Source: an uncultured Chloroflexia bacterium
GTDB lineage: Bacteria; Chloroflexota; Anaerolineae; CG2-30-64-16
DNA length: 64,000 nt
Direction of reading: 5' to 3'
Assembly (NCBI GenBank): GCA_963810095.1
Contig: CAWEMM010000007.1
Coordinates: 416,001 to 480,000, forward strand
Shown: piece after piece, positions 40,088-47,076 of the stretch
Layout of the letters: each line of letters starts with the position of its first letter
Numbering within the stretch: the stretch's first letter is position 1
Notes under the pieces: model-generated
Seen by the model: the letters and a program-made list of their open reading frames with translations, nothing else
Databases searched by the model: none
What the model was told of the DNA's origin: nothing
Program-made: the position numbers and the translations under genes

Positions 40088-41272
40088 TCAATGGATGTCC
40101 GGGAGGTCCCACTGGCCGAGCTGCAACGGGTAGCAGCCGTACTGGCGGACCAGGTTGACGACGAACTCATAACGCTCGGCGGAGACGTTTGACGGCACGC
40201 TGTGGTCCGACTGCACGATGTAGCCGCCACCCTTCGCGGCGTTGAGCTTGGTGAGCACCATGTCCTTCAGCTCGTCCATCGTCCCATAGGCCCACGTGAG
40301 CACATCCAGGTTGCCGCAAAAGCCGATCCGGTGCCCGTAGCGCCGGCGCAGGTCCACGACGTCCAGGTTGGCCTTGGCTTCCAGCGGATTGTACGCGTCG
40401 ACCTTCGTCTCGATGTAATCTTCGAAGATACGGTTCACGTTGCCGCAGCCGTGGTAGATCACGGGGATGCCGGCATCGTGGCAGACCTTGGTCATCTCGG
40501 TCACGACGGGCTTGAAGTAGCGCCGCCAGTACTTCGGCGAGAAGAAGACGTCCTTGCGATACGCCACATCGCCCCAGATGACCATGCCGTCGATCAGGGG
40601 CCGCCCGTCGGCGGCCATAGCCGCCTTGACCTGTGCCTTGGTCAGCTCCACGCACCATTCGCCCAGCCGGTCGATGAAGCGGCCGATCTCGTCGGGGTAG
40701 AGCCCGATCCACAGCATGACGTTCTCGGAGCCGATGATCCGCCACAGCATTTCGTGCGCCTCGCACGCACTGCCGTACACGGGGATGTCCGGGTGCTTCT
40801 CCTTCACCGTTTCGATCCAGGCCGGCGAGTTGAACGTGAAGCCGTCGCCCACGCCCCCCAGCTGGTTATCGCCGGCGGCAAACCAGCGCCGGTCGTCCCA
40901 CGGGTCGTCGAACTCGAACGCGGCCATTTTCTCGGGCGTGTCCGTTTCGAAGTGCAAGAAGGCGGGCATCGGGTCTTCGAACTTCTTCCGCAAGACCGCC
41001 TCGAAGCCGGTGCGAACCGTGATCTCGCTGTCGCTCTGTGAGATCACCTCGAACGGCTTGATGTGGGGGTCCATGTTCGGCACGGTCACGAGCCAGTCGA
41101 GATCATAGTGCTTGTAGATGTCGGCGTCTGCGGGCAGGCCCATTTCCGTGCGCCAGCGTTCCAGGAAGCTGCCCCAGTAGAAGTCGCTGATCGGGACGCG
41201 GTCGGCTTCTTCGTGGCGCAGTGTCTTGTTAATCCGGTCGAGCTTGAGCAAGCAGTTGGGGGTGCGGTCCAT
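40088..41272 (-). CDS. Uroporphyrinogen decarboxylase (URO-D)/MtaA-CmuA-like family protein
   Basis: 'HEEADRVP', 'WGDVA', 'FSP..WRRYFKP', 'YHGCG', 'NPLE', 'GGYIVQSDH'. Confidence 0.85.
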   Translation of the reverse strand: MDRTPNCLLKLDRINKTLRHEEADRVPISDFYWGSFLERWRTEMGLPADADIYKHYDLDWLVTVPNMDPHIKPFEVISQSDSEITVRTGFEAVLRKKFEDPMPAFLHFETDTPEKMAAFEFDDPWDDRRWFAAGDNQLGGVGDGFTFNSPAWIETVKEKHPDIPVYGSACEAHEMLWRIIGSENVMLWIGLYPDEIGRFIDRLGEWCVELTKAQVKAAMAADGRPLIDGMVIWGDVAYRKDVFFSPKYWRRYFKPVVTEMTKVCHDAGIPVIYHGCGNVNRIFEDYIETKVDAYNPLEAKANLDVVDLRRRYGHRIGFCGNLDVLTWAYGTMDELKDMVLTKLNAAKGGGYIVQSDHSVPSNVSAERYEFVVNLVRQYGCYPLQLGQWDLPDIH

Positions 41273-41281
41273 ACGAGCTCC

Positions 41282-41605
41282 TCAGTCCTGGTGGAAGACT
41301 TCGTCGAGATTCGCCCACCATTCGCCCTCGGCGCGGGTGGGCAGGGGACGCTGGAGCGGCATCTGGATGTCCCACCATTCCTGCGTCTTCGGGTGCGCGG
41401 CCATCTTCGCCATGTCCGCGGCGTAATCCTCGCCCACGTACTCGAAGTAGGCAAAGAGCAGGCCGTCTTTGTGATAGATCGAGTAGTTGCGGATGTTGCA
41501 CTGCGTGATCATGTCGGCCACCTCGGGCCAGACGGCCGAGTGCCAGCGCTTGTACTCCTCCAGGTTCTCTGGGGGCATGCCGATGATCTGAGCGACGCGC
41601 ATCAT
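41282..41605 (-). CDS. L-rhamnose/L-fucose mutarotase family (RhaM-like)
   Basis: 'EEYKRWHSAVWPEV......NIRNYSIY....LFAYFEY', 'TQEWW', 'EVFH'. Confidence 0.92.
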   Translation of the reverse strand: MMRVAQIIGMPPENLEEYKRWHSAVWPEVADMITQCNIRNYSIYHKDGLLFAYFEYVGEDYAADMAKMAAHPKTQEWWDIQMPLQRPLPTRAEGEWWANLDEVFHQD

Positions 41606-41650
41606 GTATGACCTCCCTTGGTTGCCGTTCTAGCGATCAGTTACGGACCT

Positions 41651-41719
41651 AACACGAAGTCACAAAGTCACAAAGACGGCTACTCTCTGCCCGCAATTGT
41701 GCCTTGGTATCTTTGTGTT
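41651..41719. repeat. Junction palindrome, family B
   Basis: aacacgaagtcacaaagtcacaaag...ttgtgccttggtatctttgtgtt. Confidence 0.85.
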
Positions 41720-41747
41720 GGCGTTTCTTCTCCGAACGATACCCATC

Positions 41748-42827
41748 CTAACGATACCACCCACATTCTTTGATCGTCTCGTACATGACGATCACGTTCT
41801 CGACGGGGGTCTCCGGCAGCAGGTAGTCGTGGCTGGGCGACGCGATGAACCCCCCGCCCGGCATCATGGTGGTGAGCGTGTCGATGGTCAGCTGGCGGGC
41901 CTCGGCCTGCGTTCCCTCGATCAGGGCCTGAGTGTCCACGCAGCCGAAGAAAGTCATCTGGTCGCCAAAGTCCGCCTTCAGGCCGTCGAGCGCCATCCCG
42001 GTGCAGTAGGGCTGCACGGACTGGATACCGTCGAGGCCCATGGCGATCATATCGGGGATGAAGTGGCGGATGGAGCCGTCGCAGTGGAGGACGACCACCT
42101 TCCCGAACTCGTGCCCCAGGTCCACGAAGCGCTTAAGATGCGGCAGCACGTACGTGCGGAACTGGCGCGGCCCGACCATGGGTCCGTTCTGCGCGCCCAG
42201 ATCGTTCCCGATGAAGAACACGTCGACCGCATCGCCCGAGGCTTCGAAGATGCGCCGCGAGACCGCCAGGTAATAGTCGGCACAGCGGCCGATCACCTCG
42301 TGCGCGATGTCGGGCTGATCGTGCATTGCGTAGATCAGGCCGTCGAACCCGAGCAGATCGATCGCATCGTGCCAGAAGGGGGACCACTCGCCACCCAGGA
42401 TCGCGTATTCCCGGTCGTATTTCAGCGCGTCCGCCCGGACCTGCGACACGTCGATCCACTCGGGGTCGGGCCACCACTCGTAAGCCTGCACTTCGGCTAA
42501 CGTTTGAGCATCCTTCAACGGTTCGTGCAGGGGCATCCCATAACCATAGCCGTAGCGCTCGACGCCGAAGGGCGTGCGGTACGTGGCGTCGGGCCGCGAC
42601 AGATTCCTGCTGGGGTGCGTGCGCTCGGGCCCGGCGTAGCTGCTGAAGACCCGGCGAAAATCGTCGCCGAGGTAGACGGACAGCGCCTCGTCATCCGGCA
42701 GACTCAGGTAGTCGCACGCAATCGCGCGCCATTCGGGCGAGGCGCCGAGCCAGCACGGCACCCGATCCGGCTCGCGGTGCCCAAATGCGGTCAACACGCG
42801 GTCTCGGGAAGAGAGAGTTGGTTTCAC
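41748..42827 (-). CDS. Second URO-D/MtaA-CmuA-like family protein
   Basis: 'SSRDRVL.AF.HREPDRVP', 'GNDLG.Q.G', 'LHCDG', 'VQP', 'GGFIASPSH', 'TPVEN'. Confidence 0.85.
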   Translation of the reverse strand: MKPTLSSRDRVLTAFGHREPDRVPCWLGASPEWRAIACDYLSLPDDEALSVYLGDDFRRVFSSYAGPERTHPSRNLSRPDATYRTPFGVERYGYGYGMPLHEPLKDAQTLAEVQAYEWWPDPEWIDVSQVRADALKYDREYAILGGEWSPFWHDAIDLLGFDGLIYAMHDQPDIAHEVIGRCADYYLAVSRRIFEASGDAVDVFFIGNDLGAQNGPMVGPRQFRTYVLPHLKRFVDLGHEFGKVVVLHCDGSIRHFIPDMIAMGLDGIQSVQPYCTGMALDGLKADFGDQMTFFGCVDTQALIEGTQAEARQLTIDTLTTMMPGGGFIASPSHDYLLPETPVENVIVMYETIKECGWYR

Positions 42828-43937
42828 GACGCCTCCGACAGAGACAGGGGTCGCACATCGCCGGGATCATGGGCGACGGCAGGCTGCGGCGTGACCGCCG
42901 CGGGCGCGAGGGGCAGGGAGAGCGAGCCTTCATCGAGCCGGCTGCCGCAGGAGTGGCGCACGATGAGCCGCGTCGGCAGCATGATGTGTCGCGGCGCCAT
43001 GGGCGTCTGGGCGGCCAGCGTGCCCAGCAGCAAGCGGGCGGCCTCGAATCCCATCTCGTAGGCCGGCTGCTCGGCGACGGTCAGAAACGGGAACAGCTGC
43101 GATGTGGGGGCCAGGTCGTCGAAGCAGACGAGCGCGACATCCTGGGGCACCCGCAGGCCAGCCTCGCCGATGGCCTCTACCGCGCCGAGCGCGATAGCGT
43201 TATTGGCGGCAAAAACGGCAGTGATGTCGGGCCGCTCTTGGAGCAGGGTTTCCATCATCTGCCGGCCCGAGCCCTCGCGAAACTCCCCATAACGCACCAG
43301 CGCCGCGTCGATTGGGAGTCCGGCGTGCATGAGGGCGGCCTCGTAGCCGGCTACACGGTCCTGCGAGGTGGAGGCGTCGGCCGGGCCGGTGATCATGGCG
43401 ATCTTGCGGTGACCGAGCAGGATCAGGTGTCGCACCAGTGCGTGGGCGCCGCCCACCGAATCGCCGCGCACCGTGTCCACGTCCCAGCGGTCGATGCGCC
43501 GGTCGATCACGACGGTCGCTACGCCCCGGTCGCGCAGGAGGGCCAACTTGCCCGGGTCCGAATCACAGGGCGCGATGATGACGCCGTCGACCTGCTGGCT
43601 GACGACCACTTCGAGGTAGCGCGCTTGCTTCTCCGCGTTCTCGTCCGAGTTGCAGAGTAGAACCGAGTAGCCGCCCTTCTGGGCCGCATCCTCGACGCCA
43701 CGCGCGACGGTGGGCCAGAACGGATTGGTGATGTCGGGCAGGATCAGGGCGAGGGAGCGCGTGCGCCGCGAGCGCAGGCTGCGGGCAACCACGTTGGGCA
43801 CGTAACCCAGTTCGGCGATGGCCACGTTGACGCGCTCGCGGGTCGCGGCGTTAACGTTTCGGCGCGCCGTTAAGCACCCGTGAAACCGTCACGGGGGACA
43901 CGCCTGCACGCCTGGCCACATCGGTAATCGTGGTCAC
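42824..43937 (-). CDS. LacI family transcriptional regulator; frameshift near 43862
   Basis: HTH 'TTITDVARRAGVSPVTVSRVLN' (GTG at 43937) joins 'LGYVPN..ARSL', 'PDITNPF', 'VPQDVALVCFDD'. Confidence 0.92.
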
Positions 43938-44003
43938 GCCTTGCTCCGAGCCGGAAGTAGATGCGGGGAAGGGTCTGGTACGCATCACACGATAGCGCGT
44001 TTG

Positions 44004-44031
44004 TGATACGCATATCATGGAATCGTTATCA
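44004..44031. promoter_or_regulatory. Putative LacI operator(s) just downstream of the LacI promoter
   Basis: Tandem imperfect palindromes TGATACGCATATCA (44004-44017) and TGGAATCGTTATCA (44018-44031). Confidence 0.55.
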
Positions 44032-44058
44032 TTATAGTGGGCCGGGTGGATTTGTCAA
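44031..44058 (-). promoter_or_regulatory. Consensus sigma70 promoter of the LacI-headed operon
   Basis: Minus strand TTGACA-N16-TATAAT. Confidence 0.75.
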
Positions 44059-44309
44059 GCCTGAGTTTTTAGAGCGAACTATCCAGCCAGGAGGCGGTGA
44101 GGGCCGGCGTCTGGAACCATTTCCCCAACGGTAAGCCAGCGTACGAAGCGGAGCCGCCTGGCAGGCGTATAGAGCTTGTGGTGAATTCGTGATGTTCTTG
44201 TGCGTATGAATCGCGCACGGGGTGTTCGGACCGCCCTCCGCACGCTTTCGGGCGTGAGAGCACAGACCCGGCTCTCACCCAGCGCCAGACTTGTTCGAGG
44301 AGCGAATGT

Positions 44310-46688
44310 ATGAATGAGCGTGATCCGTTGCCGCTGCAGGGCGACCGCGTCCCCCTGGGCGGGGACTACTGGCGTTCTGATCCCGGAGTGCCGCTGTGGG
44401 GCTTTGCCGACACGCACGCGCACCTGATGGCGCACCTGGCGTTTGGCGGCGAGGCCTTCTGGGGCCTGCCCTACCACCCCGAGTATCCGAGTGGGCCGGC
44501 CGGGCTCGAGCACGCGCTGCCCACATGCGAGCCGGTGCACGGGGGCTTGCTCGACATCAACCCGGAGATCGGGCATCCTGCTGCGGGCGGATGGCCAGAA
44601 TTCATCATCTGGCCGCGATTCACGACGCTCGTCCACCAGCAGGTGTACATCGACTGGTTGTACCGGGCCTACCAGGGCGGTCTGCGCCTCATCACGTGTC
44701 TCGCGGTCAACAATGAGCTGCTGGCGACCAAGACCACGCCGGGCGGGCACGACAACGACGACCGGTCGGCCATCGAGCGGCAAGTCAAGGCGATGCAGGA
44801 AATGGGCGCGTGGGTCGAGAAGCACGACGGCGAACCGGGCCGCGCCTGGCTTCAGGTTGTCTACTCGCCCGAGGAGGCGCGGCAGGTCATCGCAGAGAAC
44901 CGGCTGGCCGTCGTCCTGGGGGTCGAGGTGGACTCGCTTGGCAACTGGCGGAGACCCGAGGACCTGGAGGAGCTTTCGGGCGGCGATATCGACCGGGCCC
45001 GGGCGATCATTCGTGCCGAAATCGAGTGGCTCCATGGGCTGGGCGTCCGCCAGATCACTCCGATTCACCTCACCAACAACGCGTTTGGCGGCACCGCGAT
45101 CTACATGCACTTCCTCGAGACCGTCAACATGTTCGTGACGGGCGAGCCGTGGGAGGTCGAGAACCGCTGGGAAACCGGCGTGCGCTACCGGCTCGATCGC
45201 GACGGCGACGACTTGCTCGACGAGTTCGAGCGGGCCGTCGCGGTGATGGGCCGCAAGCGCACGATGAACCGGAAGAGCCTGGTCGACCACATTCCCGGAA
45301 TCAGTGGCCTGCTCGAGGGCAGCCGCATTCCGAAAGTGGGCGGCGGGCACGCGAATGTGCGCGGGCTGAACAAGTTTGGCGTCGTGATGATCCAGGAACT
45401 GATGGCCCGCGGCTTCCTGATCGACGTCGATCACATGTCGGAGAAGGCCCTGGACGCCGCCTTGGCCCTGGTCGAGGCGGTAGACTACCCGGTGATGTGC
45501 TCGCACACCTGGTTCCGCGACCTGCTCTACAGCGCGGATGTGGACATGGACGTGCCCGGCTGGGACAATCAGTATGGCACCGACGACGTCCAAAAGGTGG
45601 CGCACGAGGCCGGGAAGCGCGGGGACCAGGTCGAAAAGATCGCGAAGTTGGGCGGCATCATTTCGCCCATCATCAACCAGGGCGACATGGCCGGGCTGAA
45701 GCGCACCCTGCCCGAGTTGGCGCAGAAAATCCCGGTGCTCTGCACGGGCTCGAGCACCGCCTGGGCCCAGGCCTACCTCTACACGCTCGCCAAGTCGGGC
45801 GGACGAGGGGTTGCGATCGGCTCGGACGTCAACGGTGCGGCGGGACTGCCCGGCCCGCGGTTCGGGCCCTACGCCGCCTTCGGCGCAAAGGATGATGCCC
45901 GGCGCATGGCCGAGCGCCGCCGGGAGATCGACGAGCAGGTGAACGGCGTCGCGTACGACACGCCCATCAAGGATTACCGCTGGCACAGGTTCGATGCCGC
46001 CGATCCGGGCGCCTACGACGAGGAGGAGGAGGATATCTGGCAAGCCATAGCGCAGTACGAAGCCGGGTTCAACCCGTGGATCCTCCATCACCACTCGAGT
46101 GACTATCCCGAACCTTCCGTGCAGCGGGCGATGGAGCTGGCCCGGGTTATCCATGACCAGGATGAAGTGGACGACATGACCAAGGGCTTCATCGCGGCGG
46201 ACCTCCGCATCCCGGTTGCGGACGATCAGATCGACGACTGGTCTCTCGAGCTTCGGGCGGGCTACCTGGCGCGCAAGCAGGGCCTGGGGCCCGCCAAGTG
46301 GCAGAACGAGGCGGCCCGCAAGCTGGCTGCCCGCATCAATGCGATCTGGATCAAGTGGAATCAGATGCACGGCAACAACGCGCCACTGCAGCGGGCGACC
46401 GCGGGCGAGCGCCGCGACTTTGACTACAACATCGACGGCATGGCGCACTACGGGCTGATGCCCGACTTTCTGCAGGATCTGCGGAACGTGGGCCTGAGCC
46501 CGGACGACCTGGCGCCCTTGTTCCGGGGCGCGTACGACTACATTGTTATGTGGGAGAAGGCGGCCGACCGGGCGCAGGCGTTTGCGCAGGCGCGTGAAAT
46601 CGCCGCCGCGCAGGACAACAAGGAGCCGCCGCTCGCCAGGGACATCCGCGAGAACCTGGGCCTGGAGGCCGCGGGCGAACAGGGCTAG
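44310..46688 (+). CDS. Membrane-dipeptidase (M19)-like amidohydrolase, large, no signal peptide
   Basis: 'GFADTHAHL', 'HQQ.YIDWL.RA..GGLR', 'LGVEVD', 'PIHL..N.FGG', 'IDVDHMS', 'SHT', 'GSD.NG', 'G.AHYGL.PDF'. Confidence 0.75.
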   Translation: MNERDPLPLQGDRVPLGGDYWRSDPGVPLWGFADTHAHLMAHLAFGGEAFWGLPYHPEYPSGPAGLEHALPTCEPVHGGLLDINPEIGHPAAGGWPEFIIWPRFTTLVHQQVYIDWLYRAYQGGLRLITCLAVNNELLATKTTPGGHDNDDRSAIERQVKAMQEMGAWVEKHDGEPGRAWLQVVYSPEEARQVIAENRLAVVLGVEVDSLGNWRRPEDLEELSGGDIDRARAIIRAEIEWLHGLGVRQITPIHLTNNAFGGTAIYMHFLETVNMFVTGEPWEVENRWETGVRYRLDRDGDDLLDEFERAVAVMGRKRTMNRKSLVDHIPGISGLLEGSRIPKVGGGHANVRGLNKFGVVMIQELMARGFLIDVDHMSEKALDAALALVEAVDYPVMCSHTWFRDLLYSADVDMDVPGWDNQYGTDDVQKVAHEAGKRGDQVEKIAKLGGIISPIINQGDMAGLKRTLPELAQKIPVLCTGSSTAWAQAYLYTLAKSGGRGVAIGSDVNGAAGLPGPRFGPYAAFGAKDDARRMAERRREIDEQVNGVAYDTPIKDYRWHRFDAADPGAYDEEEEDIWQAIAQYEAGFNPWILHHHSSDYPEPSVQRAMELARVIHDQDEVDDMTKGFIAADLRIPVADDQIDDWSLELRAGYLARKQGLGPAKWQNEAARKLAARINAIWIKWNQMHGNNAPLQRATAGERRDFDYNIDGMAHYGLMPDFLQDLRNVGLSPDDLAPLFRGAYDYIVMWEKAADRAQAFAQAREIAAAQDNKEPPLARDIRENLGLEAAGEQG

Positions 46689-46708
46689 CCGCATCGTCCG
46701 TCGTAATG

Positions 46709-46742
46709 AGGGCCGGTGGAGACCTGCGTCCGCCGGCCCTTT
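46709..46742 (+). terminator. Intrinsic terminator-like hairpin
   Basis: agggccggtgga-gacctgcg-tccgccggccct followed by ttgtt. Confidence 0.7.
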
Positions 46743-46805
46743 GTTGCCTCGGGATATGTTCGGGGCCGGTAGTGGACTAATGCGTCACGAGCTGTTTCTT
46801 TGGGT

Positions 46806-46834
46806 TTGCACTCTGTTCATTCGCCTGATACAAT
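46806..46834 (+). promoter_or_regulatory. Sigma70-type promoter upstream of the S8 protease (about 240-nt leader)
   Basis: TTGCAC-N17-TACAAT with extended TG. Confidence 0.55.
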
Positions 46835-47076
46835 CGCCACGGTTAATCGTTCTCCATCATGCTTGGTTGTGACCCACTCCCGCGTACGGCCCGGTTAGGA
46901 AGTCGCCGGGGCGCGAGATCCAGAGAGGAGGTTCCTGCCCACCAGTTCCACCTGACTCGGACAACCGCATTCCCTCATGCAACGCGCGCGTGCCCTGCCC
47001 CTGGTCCATTCGCACCCGCGTGCTGCCGCCGGTCCAATGATTAGTAAAGCCACTTGATTCGGTATGGAGGTCCAAA

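Noticed and set aside
32260-41605. Canonical fuc or rha operon (fucI/fucK/rhaB/rhaM symbols)
   Set aside because: The isomerase is divergent and no aldolase or lactaldehyde reductase is present, so specific gene symbols are not justified.
14095-41719. Junction repeats as a CRISPR array or attC integron cassette sites
   Set aside because: Copies are dispersed and non-identical with no repeat-spacer periodicity or cas genes. They lack RYYYAAC/GTTRRRY ends, no integrase is present, and the intervening genes form coherent metabolic operons.
44060-44309. Riboswitch or ncRNA in long intergenic leaders (also 46840-47076 and 62094-62220)
   Set aside because: Some pairing potential exists but I recognise no conserved riboswitch core. 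An Rfam/Infernal scan would be needed.
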